Notes: generated by a model not told the origin, from the sequence alone. 64,000 nt of DNA from Bacteroidales bacterium (GCA_017613015.1 JAGAEQ010000062.1:874-64873), one strand, 5' to 3'. Positions 17,073 to 26,465 are shown, counted from the first letter of the stretch. Translations and numbers: made by a program.

Positions 17073-19559
17073 ATGATGAAAAAACAACAACTTCGCGTTC
17101 TTGCAGGGCTGTGTCTCGGTGTGCTGCTTTCCGGCATACTGTCCGCGACACCGGCCGGAAACCTGCGCATTGTGGCCAGCGGCAACACTTCGGCGGAACC
17201 GCATGGCGGATGGTTCACCGGTTTGGGCCAACGGGGGCATACCTATACCATGACTGCCGCGGTCGTCGCCAATCTGATGGATTCGACATCCAATGACCTG
17301 GTGCTGAGCTTCGACACCATTTATATCAGCGGCGATGTGGTGATAGACAGGAGCAAAATCACCGGCAACCAGTCGCTGACGCTGCGTGCGAACGATTACG
17401 CCACTGGCGCCATCGTGTTTGAGACTGGCGCTTCCCTGACCCTCAAGGCCGCCTCCGGCAGCAGTTCCGTGGTCACCTTGGCCTGCGCCAACATTCCCGG
17501 TTTCCCGAAAGTGATTGCGGAGAGAGTGGTGCTGTCCAACATCACGACAGCTTACAAGCGTGTGGAAATGAACGGCTTCAAAAACTGGAAACAGTGGCAG
17601 ATTGATTCCCTGCTGGCCCATGCCACCAAGTTGGGACCTGAAATCGGCAATGGTGCGTACGATTTCTCCCAAAACACCCTTTTCACCATTGACCAGAACC
17701 ATGTGTTCTCCATGACCGCCCAGACGGATTTCCTGAATGGCCAGAAGATTGGCTTCAAGAACATGGACCGCGCCGGCAAGTTGCTTCCGGACACGAACTA
17801 TTCCTTGGGCGCCTATCCCGACAGTTTCTATGTGGATCTTTCCAAGGCGGAGGGCATACGTTTCAAGGTGGAGCTGAAGGGTTCCGCCAAGAGTTTCAAC
17901 ATTGGTCTCTCCAACTGTCTGAAAAAAGGGCAGTGGCATGAACATTGCTTTGAATATTATGTGTACGACATTCCTTTCACCGCCGTGGACAAGGACGGCT
18001 ATGTCACGCTACCCTTCTCCATGTTCGAAAAGGTTTCTTGGAGCGGCACCTGGGATCTTTCCCTGCTGATTGTGTTCATCATGGAAGTGCAGGACATCAC
18101 CAAAGGCAGCGTGGTCTCCTTCAGCGATGTGCACGGCTACACCACCACCACCCAGACCCATCCGGAGTTGATGGTCGGCAATATGGAAGTGTATAACATG
18201 CTGGAATTGAAAGCGAACGATGGAAAAATCCGGCAGCTGCAAGGCACACGCCTGCAAGCCGCCCAAACGACCGTCTCCGCCAACGGCAGTGTGCTGCTTC
18301 CGAGCCCGGACAATGTGTTGGGCGGAACCGTCAATGTGACGTCCAGCTATACCTTCATGCAATACCGCGCCGCAACGCCCAGCCGTTCCTCCATCAGCAT
18401 CAATGCGACGGCTTTGGCACGCTTCTCTTTGGACAAGGTGTGGGACGACAATGTCAGCAAGGGGCAGACCTACAATCTCCAGCGCACCCTTTCGGACACC
18501 CTTCCCCATTCCTATGAGGCGGCTTTCACCAACGCCTACGTGAGCTTTGACATGGAACACGACCACGACATTTGCCGTTCGGAGGCCTTGGAGCTGCTGC
18601 CGAAATCCTCGGCGACCGGTCTGAGCTGCCAGTGGTACGACGCCAACGGGGCCCGTCTGGTGAAGGACACCCTGCGCATCCCCGCCTATCAGAACGAGGG
18701 ACGTTACCGTTATTTTGTCGAAACAGACGCTGTTTACGGCAGCTACACCTACAACCTGATGCGCGGCGCCGTGGTGGATGTGTGGCCCGAATATGAGGAC
18801 AAGGACACCATGACCATTTGCGCCTCCTCGCTTCCGCTGCAATGGAAGGACACGACCTTCCAGTCCGGAACGGTCAGCGGTTTCTACCGTTTGGCCCGCC
18901 AGACCGTCCATGGCTGCGACAGTGTGATGGAACTGCTGCTGACGGTGAATGAGGAAAGTTTCACCCAGGTTTCCGATACGGTGTGCGAAGGCTCCGCCTA
19001 CCAGCGTTACGGTTTTGACATTCCTGCGGACAGCACTGTGGGCAAAAAACTGCTCTCCGACACCTTGGTGACCACCAACGTCGCCGGTTGCGACAGCGTT
19101 TCCGTGCTGCTGCTGACCGTCCTTCCGACCTCCCATACGGAACTGTACGACACCGTGAAACAAGGGGAAAGCTACCAGCTGAACGGTTTTGACATTTCCG
19201 GCACGGCGCTTGGCGATTCGGTGTTCACCCTGACCCTCACCAACGCCTTCGGTTGCGACAGTGTGGTGGTGCTGCACTTGACGACCATTGTGAACGACGG
19301 GGTTTCCGACATCGCCGTCGCACGCTTTTTCGCAGTGTATCCCAATCCAGCTTCCGATCAGATTTTCTTCGAGCAGAAAGACGGCATGCGTGCCGACGCC
19401 CTGCGTCTGTCAGACATCAGCGGCCGTTGCCTGCAACGTGTCGCGCTCACGGAAACACGTACCGGCATTTCCTTGCAATCCTTGGCTTCCGGCATGTATT
19501 ATCTGGGAGTTTACAATGAAAACAAACTGATTACGGTTCTTAAAATCACGAAGGAATAA
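17073..19559 (+). CDS. T9SS C-terminal-target-domain surface protein of unknown function
   Basis: 828 aa with signal peptide MMKKQQLRVLAGLCLGVLLSG. It has three GCDSV-containing modules. The Por/T9SS sorting domain is VYPNPASDQIFFE...GMYYLGVYNENKLITVLKITKE. Confidence 0.75.
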   Translation: MMKKQQLRVLAGLCLGVLLSGILSATPAGNLRIVASGNTSAEPHGGWFTGLGQRGHTYTMTAAVVANLMDSTSNDLVLSFDTIYISGDVVIDRSKITGNQSLTLRANDYATGAIVFETGASLTLKAASGSSSVVTLACANIPGFPKVIAERVVLSNITTAYKRVEMNGFKNWKQWQIDSLLAHATKLGPEIGNGAYDFSQNTLFTIDQNHVFSMTAQTDFLNGQKIGFKNMDRAGKLLPDTNYSLGAYPDSFYVDLSKAEGIRFKVELKGSAKSFNIGLSNCLKKGQWHEHCFEYYVYDIPFTAVDKDGYVTLPFSMFEKVSWSGTWDLSLLIVFIMEVQDITKGSVVSFSDVHGYTTTTQTHPELMVGNMEVYNMLELKANDGKIRQLQGTRLQAAQTTVSANGSVLLPSPDNVLGGTVNVTSSYTFMQYRAATPSRSSISINATALARFSLDKVWDDNVSKGQTYNLQRTLSDTLPHSYEAAFTNAYVSFDMEHDHDICRSEALELLPKSSATGLSCQWYDANGARLVKDTLRIPAYQNEGRYRYFVETDAVYGSYTYNLMRGAVVDVWPEYEDKDTMTICASSLPLQWKDTTFQSGTVSGFYRLARQTVHGCDSVMELLLTVNEESFTQVSDTVCEGSAYQRYGFDIPADSTVGKKLLSDTLVTTNVAGCDSVSVLLLTVLPTSHTELYDTVKQGESYQLNGFDISGTALGDSVFTLTLTNAFGCDSVVVLHLTTIVNDGVSDIAVARFFAVYPNPASDQIFFEQKDGMRADALRLSDISGRCLQRVALTETRTGISLQSLASGMYYLGVYNENKLITVLKITKE
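18795..19300 (+). repeat. three tandem ~55-58-aa modules ending in GCDSVxxLxLT(V/T)
   Basis: GG(C/T)TGCGACAG(T/C)GT recurs at 18912, 19086 and 19251. The protein modules read ...HGCDSVMELLLTVNE, ...AGCDSVSVLLLTVLP and ...FGCDSVVVLHLTTIV. Confidence 0.7.
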
Positions 19560-22459
19560 TGAATATGCGCAGATGGCGGGCTATACTGCCGCTATGTTGG
19601 CTGCTGGCGGCCCCCTTTGCCTATCCTATGTCCGTCCCACATGCTTCCCCGCCCATGGCGGCGGGGAAGTCCTGGGCGGATTCTGTGCTGCAAACCATGA
19701 GTTTGGACCAGAAGATTGCGCAGCTGATGATGCTGCGCATTCATTCTAATAAGGGGAAGGCATACAACGACACCATGCTGGCCCAGTTGGAGCGTTACCA
19801 ATGGGGCGGCTATTGCTTTTTCCAGGCCTATCCGGTCTGCCAGGCCCGTCTGACCAACCGTTTGCAGGCGGCCAGCCGCATCCCGCTGATGATTTCCATT
19901 GACGGGGAATGGGGTTTGGGCATGCGCTTGGATAGTATTATTCTGTATCCCAGACAAATGGCTTTGGGTGCCGGACGCGATACGGCGGCCATTTACGAAA
20001 TGGGTCGGCAAATGGCCTTGCAATGCCACCGCATCGGGGTGCATGTGAATTTCGCCCCGGATGTGGACATCAACAACAATCCGCAGAATCCGGTCATCAA
20101 CAGCCGTTCCTTCGGCAGTGACCCGTATTGGGTCTCCCGTTGCGGTATCGCCTACATGAAGGGTATGCAGGAGCACGGGGTGATGGCGACGGCCAAGCAT
20201 TTTCCCGGCCACGGGGACACCGAAACCGATTCCCATGCGGCCACGCCGCTCATCCGTCATTCGTACCGGCATTTGCAGAAAACGGAGCTGCAGCCTTTTG
20301 CCGCGCTGATTCGCGCCGGGGTGGACGGGGTGATGGTCGGGCATTTGAGCGTGCCCGCTTTGGACTCCCATGCCATTGCCACGCTTTCCCGTCCCATCCA
20401 ACGCGCTTTGCTGCGGGACCAGCTGGGATTTAAGGGGTTGGTCTTTACTGATGCCTTGGAAATGAAAGGCATACACAACATCTATCCCGACGGGGATTTG
20501 GAGGTGCAGGTGCTGTTGGCCGGTGCCGATGTGCTGCTGCTGCCCCAGAATCCGGTGCTGGCCCTGCAAAAAATCAGGGAGGCGGTTCAGGAAGGGGTGT
20601 TGAGCGAAGCCCTGATTGACGAGCGTTGCCTGCGGGTGCTGCGGATGAAGGAGAAATACGTGCTTCCCTATGCCGCTCCCGTGGATGAAAGGCATTTGGT
20701 GGAAGACCTTAACAGTTTGGCCGCCACGGAGGTGACCCGGCGTTTGTCGGAGGCTTCCCTGACCCTGCTGAAAAACCGTCACCACTTGGTGCCGCTTCCC
20801 GAACAGGCGGAAACGGTGACGCATTTGCGTATCGGCGGAGGCTGCGGAGCCATTGACACCTTTTTGCAGCGCCGCTATGGGACGCGGACCTTGCGGATTT
20901 CCGCCAAACAGGCTGCGGACACCGCTTTGGCGGCCGCATTCCTGCGTGCTTCCGACACAGCGGAGGTGATGGTGGTGACGCTCACCTGCCTTTCCCAATA
21001 TCCTAAAGACAATTACGGTCTCCGTCCGGAGGTGGTGCAGTTGCTGGAAACCCTTTCGGAACACAAGCGGATGCTGCTGATTGTCATGGGCAATCCCTAT
21101 TGCCTGAATTTCCTGCCTTCCGCCCACCACGCCGCCGCCCTTTTGCTTGCCTACCATCCGACGGAGGCTGCCGAGCGGGCCGTGGTGGAGGCCTTGGCGC
21201 ACCGCATCCCCGTGCAAGGGAAATTGCCCGTGGACTTGCGGGACTTTGAAGCGGGGGAGGGCGTTTCCGTTTGCCGGACCCCCGAATTGCAGCCATACGG
21301 AGGGGAGGCTTCCCCTTCGCTGCCCTATATCGACACCATGGTCCGTAAAGGGCTGGAAGCGGGCGCTTATCCGGGCTGCCGGGTGCTGGTGACCCATCAC
21401 GCCCGCGTGGTGTACGACAAGGCTTTCGGAAGCTATTCCTATCAGGACCTCCGTCCCGTGACCCTTGAAACCATGTATGACCTGGCTTCGGTCACCAAGT
21501 CCTTAGCCACGACCATGGCGGTGATGCTGCTGTACGAACACCACAAAATCCGCTTGGACGCGCCTTTGTCGGAATATCTTCCCTACTTGAAGGGCAGCAA
21601 CAAGGAGCGTATCACCGTGGCGGAGGTGATGACCCATACGGCCGGATTGAAGGCCTGGATGCCTTTTTACACGCATTGGGGACCGGAGATTTACCGTCCG
21701 GCTCCAGAAGGCGCCTACACGGTGCCCGTTTGCGAAGGCATGTACATGCGGGCGGATTACCGGGACTCCATCCGCCGCCTGATTGTGCAGTCGCCCTTGA
21801 AAAAGGACAAGTCCTATCTGTACAGTGACATGGGCTTCTACCTGCTGGCCGATGTGGTGAAAGCCGTCAGCGGGCAGCCTTTGGACAGCTTTCTCACGGA
21901 AAACCTCTACCGTCCCATGGGCATGGGGCACACTTGCTTCAATCCGTACCTGCATTTTCCTAAAACCCAGGTGGCTCCGACGGAAAACGACAAAACGTTC
22001 CGCCATCAGGAGGTGTGCGCCTACGTGCACGACCAGGGGGCGGCGATGATGGGCGGGGTGTGCGGCCACGCCGGGCTGTTCTCCACTGCCGGAGATTTGG
22101 CCAAGCTGCTGCAAATGCTGTTGAACGGCGGCTCTTACCGGGGCGTGACCTATTTCCGTCCGGAAACCGTGGAACGTTTCACCCGTTACTACTATCCGGA
22201 TGGCTGCCGGCGGGGGCTGGGTTTCGACAAGCCTTCACGCAGCGGTCCGTCCCCCTGCGGCAAGTTGCCTTCACCGGAAAGCTATGGGCATAGCGGTTTC
22301 ACCGGCACCTTTTTCTGGGTGGATCCGGTGCATGAGCTGGGCTATATCTTCCTCTCCAACCGGGTTTGTCCGGACGCAAGCAACACCAAGCTCTCCTCCA
22401 TGAACATTCGGACGGACATACAAGACTACTTGTATCAGCAACTTACGGATGTTCACTAA
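19559..22459 (+). CDS. fusion protein: GH3 beta-N-acetylhexosaminidase (NagZ-like) N-terminal domain plus serine hydrolase/beta-lactamase-family C-terminal domain
   Basis: 966 aa. The GH3 part has KHFPGHGDTETDSH and FTDALEMKG. The beta-lactamase fold has ASVTKS (SxxK), YSD and HSGFTG. The start overlaps the upstream stop (TAATG). Confidence 0.85.
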   Translation: MNMRRWRAILPLCWLLAAPFAYPMSVPHASPPMAAGKSWADSVLQTMSLDQKIAQLMMLRIHSNKGKAYNDTMLAQLERYQWGGYCFFQAYPVCQARLTNRLQAASRIPLMISIDGEWGLGMRLDSIILYPRQMALGAGRDTAAIYEMGRQMALQCHRIGVHVNFAPDVDINNNPQNPVINSRSFGSDPYWVSRCGIAYMKGMQEHGVMATAKHFPGHGDTETDSHAATPLIRHSYRHLQKTELQPFAALIRAGVDGVMVGHLSVPALDSHAIATLSRPIQRALLRDQLGFKGLVFTDALEMKGIHNIYPDGDLEVQVLLAGADVLLLPQNPVLALQKIREAVQEGVLSEALIDERCLRVLRMKEKYVLPYAAPVDERHLVEDLNSLAATEVTRRLSEASLTLLKNRHHLVPLPEQAETVTHLRIGGGCGAIDTFLQRRYGTRTLRISAKQAADTALAAAFLRASDTAEVMVVTLTCLSQYPKDNYGLRPEVVQLLETLSEHKRMLLIVMGNPYCLNFLPSAHHAAALLLAYHPTEAAERAVVEALAHRIPVQGKLPVDLRDFEAGEGVSVCRTPELQPYGGEASPSLPYIDTMVRKGLEAGAYPGCRVLVTHHARVVYDKAFGSYSYQDLRPVTLETMYDLASVTKSLATTMAVMLLYEHHKIRLDAPLSEYLPYLKGSNKERITVAEVMTHTAGLKAWMPFYTHWGPEIYRPAPEGAYTVPVCEGMYMRADYRDSIRRLIVQSPLKKDKSYLYSDMGFYLLADVVKAVSGQPLDSFLTENLYRPMGMGHTCFNPYLHFPKTQVAPTENDKTFRHQEVCAYVHDQGAAMMGGVCGHAGLFSTAGDLAKLLQMLLNGGSYRGVTYFRPETVERFTRYYYPDGCRRGLGFDKPSRSGPSPCGKLPSPESYGHSGFTGTFFWVDPVHELGYIFLSNRVCPDASNTKLSSMNIRTDIQDYLYQQLTDVH

Positions 22460-22500
22460 AAAGATTTGACGGAATGCCCGACGCATAAGGAAAAAAATGC

Positions 22501-22508
22501 TACTTTTG
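22501..22508 (+). promoter_or_regulatory. -7 promoter box TACTTTTG for tRNA-Arg
   Basis: gcTACTTTTGca, 47 nt upstream of the tRNA 5' end. Confidence 0.45.
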
Positions 22509-22554
22509 CACGTTTCGGCGAAGCACGTCCCGGCGTGCCTTTTGCCAAGGCAAC

Positions 22555-22629
22555 GCCCTCATAGTTCAACGGATAGAACGGAAGTTTCCTAAACTTTAAA
22601 TCTAGGTTCGATTCCTAGTGGGGGTACCA
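22555..22629 (+). tRNA. tRNA-Arg (anticodon CCT), CCA encoded
   Basis: Hand-folded cloverleaf. Acceptor gccctca/tgggggt (two G-U pairs); D arm gttc-aacggata-gaac. Anticodon arm gaagt-ttCCTaa-acttt; T arm ctagg-ttcgatt-cctag. Discriminator a followed by cca. Confidence 0.85.
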
Positions 22630-22639
22630 AAAGACTTTC

Positions 22640-22666
22640 CGCCCGGAAAACGGGGCGCTTTTTTTT
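22640..22666 (+). terminator. terminator after tRNA-Arg
   Basis: Imperfect GC hairpin cgcccg-gaaaa-cggggcg followed by a run of eight t. Confidence 0.6.
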
Positions 22667-22734
22667 GAGGCAAGCCCGTGAGCCAAAATCCGAAAGAAAA
22701 AAACACAAGCTAAAAAAGGTATTAAAAAAATGTA

Positions 22735-22742
22735 TACTTTTG
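22735..22742 (+). promoter_or_regulatory. -7 promoter box TACTTTTG, candidate promoter of the 24-gene operon
   Basis: Matches TAnnTTTG, 134 nt upstream of the ATG at 22876, in an AT-rich leader. Confidence 0.4.
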
Positions 22743-22875
22743 TATTTTTTGACCTGGATACAGGTTGGAAGTGTTAAATGTGATAATCCCAAGGGGATAG
22801 ATATAGATAGTGATACATTGAGAGAGGTTGATTTTATGTTTTTTTCAGTTGGATTCCAAAGCGATAAAAGATGAT

Positions 22876-24393
22876 ATGAAAAAACTGAAATTTGAAGAGA
22901 TAGAAAACATTGTCTTTGGTGACACTCAATGGATTGTAGGAAGTGATGATTTACAGGGTGTTGAGGAATGCTATCTCTTTTTGAAGGAGTTTGCGTCGGA
23001 GAAAGTGATTTACGGCATCAATACGGGGTTTGGCCCCATGGCGCAGTGGCGCGTGGATGACAAACACTTGAGGGATTTGCAATATAATATCATCCGGAGC
23101 CACTCCACGGGTGCGGGTGAGGCATTGGACGATGTGTATGTGAAAGCCGCCATGATCGCACGGACAACCAATCTTTTGCAGTGTCGGTCGGGAGTGCATC
23201 CGTCGGTGGTGAAACTTCTTTTGGAGTTCATTAATCGCGGCATTTTCCCCTATATCCCCGAACATGGATCGGTGGGCGCGAGCGGCGATTTGGTGCAGTT
23301 GGCGCATATTGCCTTGACGCTCATTGGTGAGGGTAAGGTGCACTATAAGGGAGTGTGGCGTGCGAGTGCGGATGTGATGAAGGAATGTGGTATGGAACCG
23401 CTACAGATACATATTCGCGAAGGCCTTTCCATTACCAATGGCACCTCTGTGATGACTGGCATCTCGGCGGTAAACCAGCATTATGCCGAGCGGCTGTTAT
23501 GGCATGCCGTGTTGGCGAGTGTGTGGATGAATGAGATCGCGGGTTCTTATGACGATTGGATGGCAGAGGAGCTTAACGGGGTGCGTCGCCAACCGGGGCA
23601 GCAGGTTGTGGCGTCACGCATGCGCGAACTGGCTAAGGACAGCCGCTGTCTCATCAAACGCGAACACCACCTCTATAGCGAGGAGCAGAAAGGGAAGAAC
23701 TACTTTGAACACAAGGTGCAGGCCTACTATTCGCTGCGTTGCACCCCACAGATATTGGGACCCGTGTACGACACCCTGATGAATAGCCGCAGTGTGCTGG
23801 AAAACGAGTTCAATTCAGCCTGTGACAATCCTATTGTGGATCCCGTGAGCCGGAATGTCTATCACGGAGGAAACTTCCATGGCGACTACATCTCTCTGGA
23901 GGCCGATAAGGTGAAGATTGCCATAACGCGTCTGGCTATGACGATGGAACGTCAGCTGAATTACCTCTTCCACGACCGTATTAACGGTATATTGCCTCCG
24001 TTCCTGAACATGGGAGTCCTTGGTCTCAACTACGGCATGCAGGCATGTCAGTTCACTGCCACCAGCACCACGGCAGAGTGCCAGACCCTATCCATGCCGA
24101 ATTACGTGCACAGTATCCCGAACAACAATGACAATCAGGATATTGTAAGTATGGGCACAAATTCGTCCCTGCTTTGCAAACGGGTCATAGACAATGCTTA
24201 TCAGGTGCTGGCCATTCACATGATAGCGTTGGCGCAAGCCACCGACTGCCTGAAGAAGGCCGATGCGCTATGCGGCGCCTCCCGTCGGATGTACGAAAAG
24301 GTGCGTGGAATCATACCTCTTTTTGTGGAGGACACACCTTTCTACCAGGAGATTGCTGAGGTGGAGAACATGTTGAAAAAAGAGTGGGAATAA
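22876..24393 (+). CDS. aromatic amino-acid ammonia-lyase (HAL/PAL/TAL family), probable tyrosine ammonia-lyase
   Basis: The track start at 22828 is TTG; the first ATG is 22876 (MKKLKFEEIENIV). Motifs: NTGFGPMAQ, MIO tripeptide in GSVGASGDLVQLAH, YSLRCTPQILGP, NFHGDYISL, NQDIVSMG. Confidence 0.85.
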   Translation: MKKLKFEEIENIVFGDTQWIVGSDDLQGVEECYLFLKEFASEKVIYGINTGFGPMAQWRVDDKHLRDLQYNIIRSHSTGAGEALDDVYVKAAMIARTTNLLQCRSGVHPSVVKLLLEFINRGIFPYIPEHGSVGASGDLVQLAHIALTLIGEGKVHYKGVWRASADVMKECGMEPLQIHIREGLSITNGTSVMTGISAVNQHYAERLLWHAVLASVWMNEIAGSYDDWMAEELNGVRRQPGQQVVASRMRELAKDSRCLIKREHHLYSEEQKGKNYFEHKVQAYYSLRCTPQILGPVYDTLMNSRSVLENEFNSACDNPIVDPVSRNVYHGGNFHGDYISLEADKVKIAITRLAMTMERQLNYLFHDRINGILPPFLNMGVLGLNYGMQACQFTATSTTAECQTLSMPNYVHSIPNNNDNQDIVSMGTNSSLLCKRVIDNAYQVLAIHMIALAQATDCLKKADALCGASRRMYEKVRGIIPLFVEDTPFYQEIAEVENMLKKEWE

Positions 24394-24415
24394 GAACACA
24401 TAAAACATACGAACT

Positions 24416-25144
24416 ATGGAATACGCAATGATAACAGGCGCCTCTCGGGGTTTGGGAAGGGCGGTGGCATTGCGGCTGGCAGGCGAAGGAATGCCCGTGC
24501 TCATTAATTACCGGAGCAATGAAACTGCCGCAAAGGCCACGCTTGACGAGATTGTGTCAGCGGGAGGCAAGGGCGAACAGATCCCCTTTGATGTGGCTGA
24601 CAAGGGACAGGTGGAAGCCGCTATGGGGCAGTGGGAGTCCTCGCATCCAGATGATTATGTGTCTGTGCTGGTTAACAACGCTGGCATCAACCAGGACAAC
24701 GTGCTTACCTTTATGACAGATGAGGAGTGGCACAGCGTCCTCTCGACAACGCTTGACGGTTTCTTTTTCCTGACACGTCTGCTGGTGAAGCCGATGCTGC
24801 TGCATCGCTATGGGCGTATTGTCAATATGACTTCCCTTTCGGGTTTGAAAGGCCTGCCCGGGCAGGTGAACTATTCGGCAGCCAAGGCGGGTTTGATTGG
24901 CGCCACCAAGGCCTTGTCGCAGGAAGTGGCGCGGCGTAACATCACGGTCAATGCCGTGGCGCCGGGCTTTATCGAAACGGACATGACCCGGGATCTTCCT
25001 CAAAACGAACTGAAGTCCATGATACCGATGCGTCGCTTCGGCAAGCCGGAGGAGGTTGCCTCGCTGGTGGCGTTTCTGGTCTCAAAGGAGGCCTCCTACA
25101 TCACGGGGCAGGTGATTTCTGTCAATGGGGGACTGTATGCTTGA
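24416..25144 (+). CDS. 3-oxoacyl-ACP reductase (FabG/ApeQ-like ketoreductase)
   Basis: 242 aa SDR with ITGASRGLGRAVAL, NNAG, VNYSAAKAG and PGFIETDM. Confidence 0.85.
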   Translation: MEYAMITGASRGLGRAVALRLAGEGMPVLINYRSNETAAKATLDEIVSAGGKGEQIPFDVADKGQVEAAMGQWESSHPDDYVSVLVNNAGINQDNVLTFMTDEEWHSVLSTTLDGFFFLTRLLVKPMLLHRYGRIVNMTSLSGLKGLPGQVNYSAAKAGLIGATKALSQEVARRNITVNAVAPGFIETDMTRDLPQNELKSMIPMRRFGKPEEVASLVAFLVSKEASYITGQVISVNGGLYA

Positions 25145-25157
25145 AACTAAAGAGATT

Positions 25158-26381
25158 ATGAAAAATAGAAGAGTGGTTATAACGGGAGCGGGGATATGGT
25201 CATGCCTTGGCTCGTCAATGGACGAGGTCCGGCAGTCTCTCTATGAAGGAAAGTCGGGCATTGGGCTGGAGCCTGAGCGTCTGACTTACGGATACCAGTC
25301 CGCTTTGACCGGTATAGTGAAGAAACCCGTGCTCAAAGGGGTGCTTGAACGCCGACTGCGTGTTGGCATGTCGGAAGAGGCCGAATACGCCTACATGGCC
25401 AGCCGCGAAGCGCTGGCCATGGCCCGGATTAACGACACTTATCTTGACAACAACGAGATAGGTGTGCTGTTTGGCAACGATTCTTCAGCGAAAGCCGTGG
25501 TGGAGTCGTATCGGCTGATGGAGGAAAAGAAGGATTCGATGCTTTTGGGCTCAGGATGGATCTTCCAGTCAATGAACTCAACGGTGAATATGAACCTGAG
25601 TTCCATCTTCCGTTTCCGTGGCATCAATTTTACGGTGAGCGCAGCTTGTGCCAGCGGGTCGCACGCCGTGGGGCTCGGGATGATGTTTATTCGTCAGGGA
25701 TTGCAGGACATGGTGGTGTGTGGCGGCGCGCAAGAGGTGAACGCCTACAGCATGGCATCCTTCGACGCCTTGTCGGCATTTTCCAAACGCATGGATGAAC
25801 CAACCAAAGCTTCGCGACCTTTCGACCGCGACCGTGACGGGCTCATTCCGTCGGGAGGCGCTGCGGCATTGGTGCTGGAGGAGTATGAGCATGCGGTGGC
25901 CCGTGGCGCGAACATATTGGCGGAGGTGGCCGGTTACGGCTTTTCCTCCAATGGCAGCGGGATTTCCCAGGCGAGTGCCGATGGGTCGGAAATAGCCATG
26001 AGACGCGCTTTGCAGGATGCCGGCATTTCCGCAGACGAGGTTGATTACGTCAATGCCCACGCCACATCGACGCATGTGGGGGATAGCAATGAGGCCATCG
26101 CTCTCCATCGCATTTTCTCCGGCAAACGGGCGTTGGTGAGTTCCACAAAGTCAATGACCGGACATGAGTGCTGGATGGCAGGCGCAAGCGAAATGGTGTA
26201 TTCGCTGCTTATGATGCAGCACAATTTCGTGGCGCCCAACATCAATTTTGAGCATCCGGATGAGTACAGCGCCAAGTTGAATATTGCAGCCAGAACCGTT
26301 GACACGCAAGTGGACACGGTGCTGAGCAACAGCTTCGGTTTTGGCGGAACCAATTCGGCATTGGTGCTGAAGAAGTTATAA
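25158..26381 (+). CDS. beta-ketoacyl-ACP synthase (KAS I/II type), KS1
   Basis: ATG 25158 (MKNRRVVITGAGIWS). Active Cys in SAACASGSHAVG; His residues in NAHATSTHVGD and KSMTGHECWMAGA. C-terminus FGFGGTNSALVLKK. Confidence 0.9.
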   Translation: MKNRRVVITGAGIWSCLGSSMDEVRQSLYEGKSGIGLEPERLTYGYQSALTGIVKKPVLKGVLERRLRVGMSEEAEYAYMASREALAMARINDTYLDNNEIGVLFGNDSSAKAVVESYRLMEEKKDSMLLGSGWIFQSMNSTVNMNLSSIFRFRGINFTVSAACASGSHAVGLGMMFIRQGLQDMVVCGGAQEVNAYSMASFDALSAFSKRMDEPTKASRPFDRDRDGLIPSGGAAALVLEEYEHAVARGANILAEVAGYGFSSNGSGISQASADGSEIAMRRALQDAGISADEVDYVNAHATSTHVGDSNEAIALHRIFSGKRALVSSTKSMTGHECWMAGASEMVYSLLMMQHNFVAPNINFEHPDEYSAKLNIAARTVDTQVDTVLSNSFGFGGTNSALVLKKL

Positions 26382-26465
26382 TGACAGGTATGAAAGATGA
26401 ACTGAATACAATACAGAATCTTTTCGGATTGGTTTTCAGGAAATTGTCTATAAAAGAATAAACGT

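Noticed and set aside
22630-22875. att-type direct repeat of the tRNA-Arg 3' end, or an integrase, marking the island as a classical integrative element.
   Set aside because: No copy of the tRNA 3' segment (ttcgattcctagtggggg) was found at the right boundary (53204..53395) or elsewhere by eye. No integrase, transposase or excisionase-like ORF is present in the window. Horizontal origin rests only on composition and tRNA adjacency.
24416-26381. Reading the FabG- and FabF-like genes as the housekeeping fatty-acid synthase.
   Set aside because: They are embedded in the pigment operon with dedicated ACPs and CLF-like partners. No fabD, fabH, fabI or acc genes are nearby. They are better interpreted as cluster-specific ApeQ/ApeR-like paralogs.
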